This document shows positions 1 to 11,047 of a stretch of 64,000 nucleotides of DNA, piece by piece. This DNA comes from Amphiscolops sp. MND2022. Its lineage: Eukaryota. The DNA lies in NCBI GenBank assembly GCA_964187785.1, contig OZ076410.1:3782001-3846000 (forward strand), given 5' to 3'. The notes beneath the pieces are model-generated. The model was not told the DNA's origin. It saw nothing but the letters and a program-made list of their open reading frames with translations, and did no database searches. The position numbers were made by a program, and so were the translations under genes. Position 1 is the stretch's first letter. The number at the start of each line of letters is the position of its first letter.

Positions 1-113
1 TTCTCACAAACTGTTCATACGATTCGAACCAAAGCGAGTCAGAAGGAAAAAGACTTAAGCCGACTCCTTTACCGCATATGCGGCTCTGGTTACTTCTCTT
101 CATCGATATTTTA

Positions 114-459
114 AGTCGGCGCTTTTGAAGAAAAGTGCCCGACTCTTACAGTGGTTAGTTTTTTATACGCTTAAGATCCACTTTTTTGTTCATTTGTTAA
201 ACTTTAACTTCGGATGACCAAAACATACTGGCACGTTAGAACCTCTAAAACATACTAAGGATACAAACTATCTTTGTGTTTTTAACTTCGATTTTTTACG
301 GCACTTGTATTACACCAAAGGGTCCCCCTTCAATTTCTTTCATATTTTGCAGCAAACTGAAGTTTCAAAAACTCCAAATGGCCTCTTCTTACAATTTTAA
401 TCACTATGCGCTTTTTGAGTCTTGGAATTAGCGCCGACTTGGCCGTTCCCGGCTCGTTA
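114..459 (+). mobile_element. DINE-1/HINE-like non-autonomous Helentron-type element, diverged copy 1
   Basis: 5' AGTCGGCGCT with partial inverted copy CCCGACT nearby, 3' AGCGCCGACT followed by a degenerate stem-loop, internal AAAGGGTCCCCC motif; homologous to copies 2-5. Confidence 0.65.
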
Positions 460-777
460 AAATCCCGTATTGGACAGTTTTGTATTTTTTAATTTTGAAT
501 TCCTGAATTTTACATATACATGTTACTAATTTTTTCAGGCAAACCAGTCGCTGAAAGTTTGAATTCATCTGCTACCATTTAAAAACATCATAATTGTGGA
601 AAAGAAAAATAATGCGATTTCTCTGGACGTTCAATAAAATTGAGATATGATGACCTATTTTATAAATCATCCTTCACTTGCTGATGTTTTCAGAATGTTT
701 TTTATGGGACCGTTACTGACACTGTAAGGAGGCTCTGCAGCTTGCAGCTTTTTGACACCTGATCTTTTGCTGTATTT

Positions 778-1258
778 TTAGTCGGCGCTTTTATTAATAA
801 AAGAGCCCGACTATTACAGTCACTCTTTTTTTTCTTTTTTTTAAGACAGACTCGAAACGACGAACGTTAAAATTAACGTTCAAAATCTTCAACTAAAGGA
901 AACTAAACGAATACCCCAGAAACGCATTCCAAAGGGTCCCCCCTTTCGTTTTTTACTTTTTAAACGTTACCTACAAACTTGGACGGGACTAAAGGGTACC
1001 CCCTTTCATTTTTTTCGGCACTGTGCGACTTTTTTTTCGAAATTTTTTTTTGTCTCCAAAGGGTCCCCCCTTTCGTTTTTTACTTTTTAAACGTAACCTA
1101 CAAAACCGGCCGAGGCTAAAGGGTCCCCCCTTTTGATTTTTTTCGGCACTGTGCGACATTTTTCGAAAGAAAAAAATTTTCAAGTTTTTTTCCAAAAAAA
1201 TGTTTTGCGCTTTTTGAGCCTTAGATATAGCGCCGACTTTAGACGTTCCCGTCTTGTT
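778..1258 (+). mobile_element. DINE-1/HINE-like non-autonomous element, copy 2
   Basis: TTT-AGTCGGCGCT...CCCGACT at the 5' end; AGCGCCGACT + AGACG-TTCC-CGTCT hairpin + TGTT at the 3' end; several GGGTCCCCC/GGGTACCCC internal repeats; T-rich flanks. Confidence 0.8.
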
Positions 1259-1438
1259 TCATTTAACCTTACCGACACGCCCCCTCTGCACTATGGGCAC
1301 AAACAAGCTTATCAACAAAACTAATTTATGGTTTCATCACGCATCCTTATTTTCGTACTCTCTTGATTGTGGAAAACCGTTCAACAAAGTGAAAAGTGCT
1401 GTAACTGTTATGGTTATGAGCTGGTGTTTTGTTGCCAG

Positions 1439-4400
1439 GTGATGCAGATTGGGTTTCCGTTCAGTAGCCAGATCTTTCCAGACTCTTTTCCAGGCACTGA
1501 CCCCAACGACTGTCCCAGAGACATTTCCAAACGCAAGTTAGTGTCTACTTCGCTCGCTTATTTTTTATACTAATCGCTAAACCGCTTATTTCAAAATCGC
1601 TATTTCGCTGAAAATCTTTTTCGTTTAGCTATTGAATGTTTGAATTCAAGAATTTTTAAAATGTAAACGATAACTTGATGCATTTTTTTGCAAGAAAAAA
1701 ACTAGAATTTTTAATACTGTGCGGGTGTGTTTACAGAGGAAGTTATTTTTCGAAATTCATTTTGAAACTCCGTGTATTTACCGAGGAAATTTTGAATTTC
1801 GTCATTGTTTTCATTCGCTAATTTGAATCTTTAATAGAATCGCTGAAAAAACTATGTGCGGATGCTAAATCGCTAATTAGGGGGGGTGTCAAAACTCTGA
1901 GCCACACCACAATCGCCATTTGTGAGCAAAACTTCAACTCGCCCTCGGCTCCGGCTTAGAATCAATCGCCAATTCAGGTTCTATTTTCATCATTTCCATC
2001 AAGTTTCCGACTTGTCTTCAGTTTGTAATGGCGTATGATCGTTTTTTAGTCGGCGCTTTTATTAATAAAAGAGCCCGACTATTACAGTCACTCGTTTTTT
2101 TTAAGACAGACTTGAAGCGACGAACGTTAAAATTAAAGTTCAACTACTAATTACAGTACTACTAAAATACTGGCAGCGCATTTGAGATAGTGCAAAGGGT
2201 CCCCCTTTCAGTTAGTCCATTTTTATCGTAAGATACAAAACAGGACGAGACTATAGGGTCCCCCCTTTGAGTTTTTTTCGGCACTGTGCGACTTTTTCGA
2301 AAATTTTTCAATGTCCCAAAGGGTCCCCCCTTTGTGTTTTTTGTTATTTTGCAACAGAATGTTTATAAATCAAAAAGGGTCCCCCTTTTACATTTTTCGG
2401 CACTGTGCGACATTTTCCGAAAGCGAAATTTTTTTGAAAATTTCAAGTTTTTTTCGAAAAAAATGTTTGCGCTTTTTGAGCCTTAGATATAGCGCCGACT
2501 TTAGACGTTCTCGTCTTGTTCAAATATTGACAAAAGCTAGATTTTGCTGAAAAAAATCGCAGGGTGTATAATTAGGAATGGTGAAATATCACTTCAGCTT
2601 ATTTCTTAGAAAGAAGGCGATTCATTGCTCGTGTCACCAGAGCTTAGCTCCAATGCAAAATTGCTAATTGGGCTATGTCAATTCTGAAGTCAATGACCTA
2701 ATTCGGAATAGCGGCAGTGCCTATAAGTGTGAGAATTAAATTTCTCAAGCTGCCGACGACAGTTCAATTCTCGTGCGTGGAACGAGCGAGTGGCAATTAT
2801 GCTTTCGTACGCCGAGTTATTGAGATGAAGCGAATGAGTTAATTATTCGTTCGCCGAGAGCTTCGCCTGCATTCAAATGCGAATGTGAAACTTCGTCTAC
2901 GCTTAGTAGTTATATTTACTTTAGTCCGAAATTCAAATGCGGTATAAACTGGTGATTAATTGTGCGCTAAATAATGATTTAACAGGAGTGTATTTGTATT
3001 CCAGATATGATTCTATTATTAATGAAAGATTAAAAATAATAGTGTGCCGCGGAGGGGCCTATTTTTAAAATAGAGTCTTTTCAAGTGCCTTCTGTAACGG
3101 CAGTTCAGGCTTCAAATCAAATTCAACAGGCAGTGTACACCTTCGTTTCATTCTTAGAAATGAAGGTAGGAAATATTACTGTTGGCCGAGCTGTTTTGCT
3201 GGTACTGACCATGTAACGAGAAGTTGACTTGTTTGTTATTATCCACCCTTATCCGATATGGGAAGGAGAATATTTAAATCAGTTGCGTTTTTTCTCCAAA
3301 ATTTGCCATTTTCCAAATTCAAAGGGTTTCTCCCCATAGAATTCAACTGACAAAAATTTGTTTGGTGCGAGTTGTGTTTGTAGAGACTTTTTGTGATTTT
3401 TAGGTTGCCCCAAAATGGCCGCAAAAACTGAAATTCAAAAATACTATTTTCGGCTCTCACAAATTCATTTGTGTAGGGGAAGGAAAATCACCATCTGTGT
3501 AGCGTTTTTTTTTTCAAATTCTGCCACGTTATTACTCTGTATAGAATGTGGACATTTTGGTCACCGTGGCCCAGTTGGTAGTGCATCCGCCTGGCAGACA
3601 GGAGGTCGTGGGTTCGAACCCGGACAGCAGCCTGAACTTTTAGTGCCTGAAAATATCCCTGTGCTTAGCGGGCGTCTTGTTCGTACTAGCCACTATGTAA
3701 CAAAAAGGTGAGTTGGTTTGTTTTTTCTTCGTTTCAGAGCACAAAAGATGGATTGTCTGAACGCGGAGTTTCCCGACTCATATGGGCATTACAGAGAAGC
3801 CAAATTTGCTGCCTTGAAACATCACTGGTGGTGGAAGGTACGCATGCCGCTAGCTTCTAGCCAATATTACTTAGGTTGTTTACTGTATTCGTTGCAGCAT
3901 GAGCGTTATTGACTCTTTTCTACCCCCCCCTTAAAAGTTTTCAGGCTTTTCGTCGATGCGAAGTGTTGTTCACGACTTCCGTTGTTAGAAGAAAATCGAA
4001 AGAGAAAGCGGTCCCGTAGGTGGGAGGGGGGGTGTTATCGATTCCCGCCAACACCTTAAATTTTTTTCCAAAATTCCTCTAAAGGAAAAAAGCCCGACTG
4101 TTACAGTGACTAGTTTTTTGTCTCCGAAGGGTCTCCCTTCAATTTTTTTGATCATTTGCAACAGAATGGATGTTTAAAAAGCCCAAAGGGCCCCCCTTTT
4201 ACAATTTTAAAAACTTTGAGCTTTTTGGGCCTTAGATATAGCGCCGACTTTAGACGTTCCCGTCTTGTTGTGTCGATTTCGTTGAACGCAAGCTCAGAAC
4301 GCTCTATATTAAAGTACTAATCACCGCCGTAGTACAGTGGTAAGCCATCTGACTGCAGTCCTGGAGGTCCGGGGTTCGATTCCCGCTAACACCTTGAAAT

Positions 4401-7400
4401 GTTTTCCAAAATTTAGTATTCTCTCCAACTACTACTGTTGTGTCATGGATTTAGTTGAACTACGTGATGAAGAATATAGTTGGCAGTGTGGTGGCATCTT
4501 CGGTGCAGGTGGTTCTCTTGGAAGAAGACTACTACCTCGCCCCCGACGCCCTCTCAGTGGTACACTCCCTACGACAGGTGGCCTCCCAAGAGTGTCCCCA
4601 GTGCCAGCTACTCCAGTTAGGGGACTACGCCAAACTGCCCTCCTCCTCCAAACCCCCCCACCCACACAACTTCGCCACTGTAAGTCTCAACACTGCTTTC
4701 ACATCGCTATTTTTTCACTGAATCGCTCATTTCAAAATCGCTATTTCGCTGAAAATCTTTTTCTTCAAGCTCTATTAAATTGAAGTTGAATTCAAGAATG
4801 TGGTACTCCTGACCAAGTGTGGTCCCTAGCAAATTTAGAAGAGCAATCGTGAAGCAAACATTCGCCACTGTAAGTCTAAAACAAATCAAGGTTTTCACCC
4901 AAAACTCACGCGTAATAAATTCTATTTCGCTGAATTATATACAGACAATCGTCACGATTGCAAAGATAATTTTCTAGTAATATAATCTAAAAAGATTCTT
5001 CTTGTCAACAATGTATAGTTCTCGAAAAATTGTTTATTACCAACCATAGTTTAGAATTATTTAAATGATTCAGTCACCGTGAGCGTGTGAGATCTTAATC
5101 AGCCATGATCTTTGTTTATTTGCTCTCTTCCCACGTGCAATGTTGATTTTAACAATACAGTCGAACTCGGGTAAAAAAACATTTGGATATAAGAAACGTT
5201 TTCATTCCTCCGCTTTTATGCTAGACAAACCTACATTAATAGGACTACTGATAAAAGAAACTCTTACCGCCCGTTGTCGCCAGAGAACAACTTTAACAGT
5301 CAAACTACAAAATTTCTCTTAAAAATGAAGCGGTTCTTGCAAACTTGATATTGCGGTATGCATTGCCCATACCCAGGAGTACAGTTTGTAGAAAACGGAG
5401 TTCCATATGCCTTTTTCCTTTCGTGAGAAATAGTTATTATAACACCAAATTTAAAAGTTTTTACTTGTACTTTCCAAAAAGTAAAGTGAGAGCGTTTATT
5501 CCACACGCATTATGCAACATCCATTATACACCCAATGTATAGTAAACACCTGGCCCCCAGTGAATTGTCGTGTATCAAGTTTTTCGTGTATCGTGTATTT
5601 CGTGTATTTGCAAAAACAGTTTCATGTATTCGTGTATTTTGAAAAATAGTGTAAATTCGTGTATTTTTCTGAAAAATGAAATAGGGAACTTCGAAAGTTT
5701 GATTTTAATCTTACTCATTTTAAACAAAATTTCCAAGTTCTTCGGCGACATACAGTTTCTTCTATTTGCGCATCGCATGTTACATTGAGAAAATAGCCTT
5801 TCGACCGCTCCTGAGCTTGCTGGAATGGCTAAAACTTCAGGGATCAATTTTTGGATCAATTCATGCAATTCAATTCCTACGGTCAATTGCCGCCACATTC
5901 ACGCGCTCAATGTAATTATCGTGTTATTTTGTGTATATTTCAAAAACTCGTGTATCCTGTCGTGTATCGTGTACAATTCACTGCTGGCCCCACAAACGTA
6001 TCGTTGCGGAATTTCTTTTCTCATCGTCCTCTGAGTTTGATTGAGTCCATTATTGATTGAATGATACAAGAATCATGTAAGTGCAGCAGTGATTGTTGTT
6101 GTTTTTTCCTCCTCAGCTGCGAGTGGACGAGTACCTGTCTAGCAGGAACAACATGGCGCTGGTCCTGAACAAGACTGTCTACGAGGAGGTGCTGAATGAC
6201 GTCACGTGTGGGGCGGGTGCCTTCTGTGAGTACGACGACTACAACTGGGACTGGTCCCTCAACCACCTCTCTCTGTCCTGTCTCAGGGGAAACAGCAGGA
6301 TTAACAGACCCCTGTTGGTGCTTCTGCCAACACTGCCTCGGGTGCTGCACATTGGGCAGTGGTAAGTGAGGGGGGGGGGGTACAGTGCGGATACGGATCG
6401 AATTCCTACGGTGATCGAAAACAAGTGGCCTACGTAATCGGGTCGATCAGTGACAAAATATCCGCAAATTTATCGACTGAGTGCCGAACTGATAAAATTG
6501 CGGAAATATGCCGACGGAAATAGCTCTATTCAAAGTTTTTATCTGAAGTTCGCGACCGCTCGCGAATGAGCTGAGACGTTTTCAAAATTGTAGCTACTTT
6601 GGATAATTTGCATTGTTTTTTTTTTAAAAAAAAATTCATATCGGCGGCGCTTGGAACGAACTACTCCAGCCAGCCGTCTCTTGGATACATTTGAATTTTT
6701 GCATCTTTAAATCTTTCTCTGTGTTCCGTAGAAGCAATCATGCATTTGGTTGGAGCCAGTAATTCACGCCTGAAGCTTTATCGTCCACTTTATCGTGGCT
6801 TTCCTCCATTTTATCGCTGATGTTGTCATCAGTTTCTCCCTGTCGATTACTTTTGGCGATTTTTTTTCTCGCTATTTCAAAAGATGACACGACACGGCAG
6901 TGCCTGGGCAAGTGCGCGGCGCATTACAAGTGATAAGTTGAGATATGGGTACTCATGTTGAAAAATGTCTACAGCTATATCGTTTATTTTGAACTGGCAT
7001 GTTTTGAGTTTCGATGTTTTTTGGACTTGCTGTGTGGAGTGGTTTCCATTCAGTCGACTTCGCTGTTTTTACTGCGAAACTATTCCTAGTAATTACCACT
7101 TTTCATAGAGTGAGAGATTATTGTTAGGTGCTCGACTCTTTTTGTCGCATTACTATTAACAATAAAGGTTTTCATAATTAGCATTGTTTGAGATTAATTG
7201 GGTGGAGTTGTGATAGGTTGAAGTTCCCGTAGGATGAAATCGCAAAAGGTTGAAATTGTGAACTGCCGAATTGGCTGGGGTCGAAATCGTATAGATTGAA
7301 TTTGCGCAGTACGAAATATCTTGACATCCAGTTGTTTCACAGGTGCAATTCCAGAAAAGATTGTAGACTGGGGTGTTTTGTTGCCTCAAACCTCAAATAG

Positions 7401-9440
7401 TCCACAAACGATCTTGATGGTTACCAAGTTTCTTGCAATTCTAGTGTCTGTTATCTTGTTTATCCCGCGATCTTGGAAGATGAGCTTCATGCTAAGCATG
7501 GCCAATCTGTGAAATTTTTGTATCATGGAAAGTTACTCAATTTGCAATTAAGAAAGTGGTTTGCTAGTAACAAATTGACTGTAAATGTGTCAAAATGTGA
7601 GCTTCTCACTTTCGGGACAAAAAAGTAACAAATTGGGGAAAACCGTTTGGCGAAAATATTCCCAACAAAAAATCTGCAAAGTGTTCAGGCGTACAAAACT
7701 TTCGCGTTTGAACAAGTATTTCATGAACATGCAAATTATTTGACAAAAAATGTGGATTTATATACAAAATTAGGCACATGTATTAATGTAAATTTCTACT
7801 TCTGTTATATCCCGCGGAAGTGACATCAGTCATGAAATTCAGGTTTGGAAATTATCGAAAAACCCCGCGTTGAATCATTCGAGCATTTTTTTTCAAATAG
7901 AAAACCCAAAGATTGCTTGAGACTGACAAGTTTTGACATTTTTAATTTTTATCAATTGTATATAATCGAGGTTGTGTCGAGGTTTTCAAGCAGTTGAAAT
8001 CAGACTCACTATATACGTATCTGTCCACTAGCAACAACTTTTTTCATTGCAACTCGAGGAGAAAAGCGAAAAGTCTCTTTCCAGCAACGACCCACCGGAT
8101 TGTGATGATGGGAAAAAGTTTGAAAAGTACATTAAATGAATGTTACAATTGATTTGAAGCGATTTGATGCCTCCAATTTTGTTGAACCAATCGGATAATC
8201 AAACGAAAAACTACGTAAGAAAGTTAAGTACATAATATGTGATAAATAATAAGGATTTTTTAAAACAATTTTCGAGTGTTAGGGAATCGAATTGTTTTTC
8301 TGGGACTTGACGAGCTGAAAGGAGGCTCCTTTCCTGTCCATTTTGGCATTTTATACTCTATTGTTCTTCCGGTATGATTTATCCATATGAATCCATACGG
8401 TATGAAATTCCATATGAATTTTCTCATTGGGCACGTATTGACCACTTTTTCCGTTGGCCGATGTTTGTTATTTTCATACCGAAAAACAGCTAGATTTTCT
8501 TTTGAAAGAAAGTTCTTTTATGAAAAGCATTCGTTCAGCTGAATTCTTTCGTAGTTAGTATGAAAATGTTATCTCCATATGTAGCAAGATTTCACTGGGT
8601 ACAGAAAGTGTATGATTGCATGATTGTATTTTTTAGTCGGCGCTTTTATCAATGAAAGGGCCCGACTATTGCAGTCACTCGTTTTTTTTCAAGACAGACT
8701 CGAACGCGACGAAATATTTGTTCAATTTGTTCAACTGAACGAATACCCGGTAAACGCATCTATGTTTTGCAAAGGGTCCCCCTTTCATTTTTTTTTTGCT
8801 TTTTAAACGTAACATACGAAACCGGACGAGTGTGAAGGGTCCCCTCTTTCAATTTTTTTGGCATTGTGCGACTTTTTTCCGATTTTTTTGCCTCCAAAGG
8901 GTCCCCCCTCGATTTTATTGAAGTCCTTCCCCCGCCTCTAATTATCCGGATTTAAGCGCTATATCCGAACTTTTGACGTTATATCCGAACTATATTGCGT
9001 TTTTGTAAAGAGGAGGCGGATATCCCAAAACCGGAGTTTTTCATGAAAACGTTCTACGCATATTTCAAATTTGCGCTTTTTGAGCCTTACGTTTAGCGGT
9101 TACTTTAGACGTTCCTGTTTTGTTATTTATTTGTTTCAGCGGTGTGCACACATCCAAACGACAAGTGGAGAGAAACGAACGATGCAGTGCCGTGACATTG
9201 ATCGAAAACTTTGTCTCTGTGTTTGAAGAGTACCACAACAACATTAACAAAAACGAGAGGGCCGAGATGAAGCTAATAGGGGGTAAAAGCAGTGTCGCTT
9301 CACCCACCAAAGGCCTGTCCGCTCTCAAGAAAAACGGCGGCTGGGGCGACCCTAGAGACAAACGTCTGTGCCTTAAAATGGCACTGGAACCCCCCATGTC
9401 ATCATCCGCCCTTTCCTTGGCCGATCAAAAGATATCCTAG
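1439..9440 (+). CDS. MGAT2: Alpha-1,6-mannosyl-glycoprotein 2-beta-N-acetylglucosaminyltransferase (GnT-II), 3' five coding exons; 5' exons not found in the window (presumably upstream)
   Basis: Exons 1439-1536, 3738-3837, 4455-4679, 6117-6361 and 9140-9440 join in frame with AG/GT boundaries (phases 2,0,0,2). The spliced peptide has MGAT2 hallmark motifs: FPGTDPNDCPRD, CLNAEFPDSYGHYREAKF..KHHWWWK, LEEDYYLAPD (EED), FCEYDDYNWDWSL, PRVLHIGQCGVH, KNGGWGDPRD; stop TAG at 9438-9440. Confidence 0.95.
2046..2520 (+). mobile_element. DINE-1/HINE-like non-autonomous element, copy 3 (MGAT2 intron)
   Basis: Same termini and internal repeats as 778-1258. Confidence 0.8.
3559..3632 (+). pseudogene. tRNA-like sequence (tRNA pseudogene or SINE head)
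   Basis: A box TGGCCCAGTTGGT, variable loop AGGTC, B box GGTTCGAACCC; acceptor and anticodon stems pair poorly. Confidence 0.65.
4088..4269 (+). mobile_element. DINE-1/HINE-like element, truncated copy 4 (MGAT2 intron)
   Basis: AAAAGCCCGACTGTTACAGTGACT at the left and AGCGCCGACTTTAGACGTTCCCGTCTTGTT at the right. Confidence 0.7.
4322..4393 (+). pseudogene. tRNA-Cys(GCA)-like pseudogene or SINE head
   Basis: A box TAGTACAGTGGT, anticodon loop CTGCAGT, AGGTC, B box GGTTCGATTCC; acceptor stem unpaired. Its 3' part recurs at ~4038-4075 (TCGATTCCCGCCAACACCTT). Confidence 0.65.
5558..5983 (-). mobile_element. hAT-superfamily internal-deletion derivative (426 bp)
   Basis: 11-bp TIR CAGTGAATTGT (5558-5568) / ACAATTCACTG (5973-5983); perfect 8-bp TSD CTGGCCCC (5550-5557, 5984-5991); TCGTGTAT subterminal repeats; minus-strand peptide LAIPASSGAVERLFSQ..RRNCMSPKNLEIL matches the hAT C-terminal dimerization motif. 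Confidence 0.93.
7350..7625 (+). pseudogene. Degenerate non-LTR reverse transcriptase fragment
   Basis: Remnant of TGVPQ (ACTGGGGTG..CCTCAA) and KWFASNKLTVNVSKCELLTFG, typical of the C-terminal RT region of LINEs; frame disrupted. Confidence 0.55.
8633..9124 (+). mobile_element. DINE-1/HINE-like element, copy 5, ending just before the last MGAT2 acceptor
   Basis: TTTAGTCGGCGCT...GCCCGACT 5' end; decayed 3' end AGCGGTTACTTTAGACGTTCCTGTTTTGTT; carries an unrelated ~120-bp insert near 8925-9050. Confidence 0.7.
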
Positions 9441-9497
9441 AGAAGACCACCTCTTTTTTTGTTTGTGCAGTAGTTTTGAGAATGTAGGTATACCTTC

Positions 9498-9807
9498 CAG
9501 GGTTGGAAAAAAATCGGATTTTTTTTAAAAAATCAATTTAATCCGATTGTTTTTGATTAAAATCAGGATTTTTGTATATAATCATGATTTTTAAAGTTTA
9601 CTTGAAAACACGGCATTGAAATCAAATTTCAATTTCTTTTTTGTTTCAATGACGAATATAAAAATAAAAAATATAAATTCATCACAAAATTTTGAACATC
9701 ATAAAACAATTTTATGACATTGAGTTACTCAAGTCACTGAAAAAAATCAAAAATCTTTGATTAAAATCAATGATTATACTCAGCTTGATTAAAATCTGCC
9801 AACCCTG
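9498..9807. mobile_element. hAT-type MITE (310 bp) in the MGAT2 3' UTR region
   Basis: TIR CAGGGTTGG / CCAACCCTG; perfect 8-bp TSD ATACCTTC (9490-9497, 9808-9815); AAATCA/TGATTT subterminal repeats. Confidence 0.92.
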
Positions 9808-9829
9808 ATACCTTCTTTACCTTCGGAGC

Positions 9830-10727
9830 TTGTACAGACAAAAGAGCCCCAATACAACACGCCTCGCTAAAATCCTCCTAATTAAACCGGTTACATGACA
9901 TTTCATCCTTTGCAATTTCGACCTGAACTAATTTTGGCTAATGAGTCCTAATCCGGTTGAGCAAAATCGTACGGGTGGTTTTCGAAATCGTATTCCCGTC
10001 GGTGCGTTTCTAACAGTAATGTTTCCATAAGGGGTGCCGCCAATCAGGACTCAGGACCCTTTCCGAGGTGGCGGAAGAGGTTGGGAGTGCGCCCCGACCA
10101 CCTAGCGATGACAGCTCATAACTACACCACTAGATTGCAGGGGTTGCTACCTTGCGAATCACAAAGCTTACCACTGCAAACATGGTCCTTTGGTACTGCT
10201 AGAATGACCCTAAAATCGTTGAGAATGAAATCAAAGAACACGTAATTGGGGACATTGACATCAACGGGAGGAGCTTTGTATATAATTCCCCTCTCTGTAG
10301 GTATCAGCGGGTCCCCAAACTTCACTAAAGGATTTTGGGTGCCCTTTAGATATCCCATCACTTTAGGACAAAGGACCCATACAGGGGTTCCGGGCTCCAT
10401 CATCTGGCTGTAACACAGTATTCTCCTTTATTCTAACGAATTTTGGGTAAATGTGAGGAGAACATGACTTGTGCCTTCCACGCCCAGAACGATGAAACGG
10501 TCGTAGTTGTTTACTTCTTGATTTTTATTCTTAAAGTCGTGGCGTGCGGGCTTGAAATAATTTATTTTCTTTACCCCTGTCGTTGCATAAAGAAAGACTT
10601 TGAATCTCGAAGGCAGCTCCACCTCGTCACTTATGATTTCATTGTATTGGTGAGTGTGAAACCTTTGTGCAACACTCTGTACCTCCTCGGGAAATGGTTT
10701 GTCGATTTTAATGTAACCGGAAGCCAT
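9830..10727 (-). pseudogene. Helitron-associated accessory gene, copy 1 (unknown Cys-motif protein; disrupted)
   Basis: ORFs 10428-10727 and 10122-10403 align by eye with 20836-21632: YFKPAR/MFQPAR, YDRFIVLGV/LDRFVVYGV, PPVDVNVPNY/PPADVDAPNY, DHVCSGKLCDSQ/DNVCTGSFCDSQ. Confidence 0.7.
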
Positions 10728-11047
10728 TAGGTCTTGAAAAACACAACAGAAACAAACTGTTCACACTACTTCGAGACTTCAATTTCAAATACTTCCAAAA
10801 CTTTATTTTAAATGTTAAACGCTCTTGAAATATTCAATTAAGAAATGATTGTTCAATTTAAAACAGACCTAGTCAAAAACTTTAATAGCTTTATCAATGA
10901 AAATCGTCACATTATTCAAAATGAAATTTTCTTCGTATAAAACTGGCACAATGAAATGAAAAGTTAAAATCGGCATAATTCCTTTAAATTGAATTGAAAA
11001 CGCTCGCAAACGGGCCGCAATTGCGCCCCTTAGCTCGCTCTAACAGG

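Noticed and set aside
989-2550. Lys/Phe-rich ORFs (MEKNLKIFF.., MRLFRKFF..)
   Set aside because: They are readings of A/T homopolymer runs in the DINE-like repeats.
3240-3490. CCCTACAC match (reverse strand, ~3470) to the large element's TIR
   Set aside because: Only 8 bp match with no other TIR or subterminal similarity; probably chance.
3559-4393. Functional tRNA genes
   Set aside because: A and B boxes are present but the acceptor and anticodon stems do not pair; treated as pseudogenes or SINE heads.
4337-4783. 148-aa ORF MVSHLTAV.. and antisense ORFs over the MGAT2 exons
   Set aside because: These are alternative frames over a tRNA-like sequence and a true MGAT2 exon in another frame.
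10025-10135. Hammerhead or HDV-like ribozyme
   Set aside because: Neither the CUGAUGA/GAAA cores nor the HDV P3/L3 pattern could be placed on either strand.
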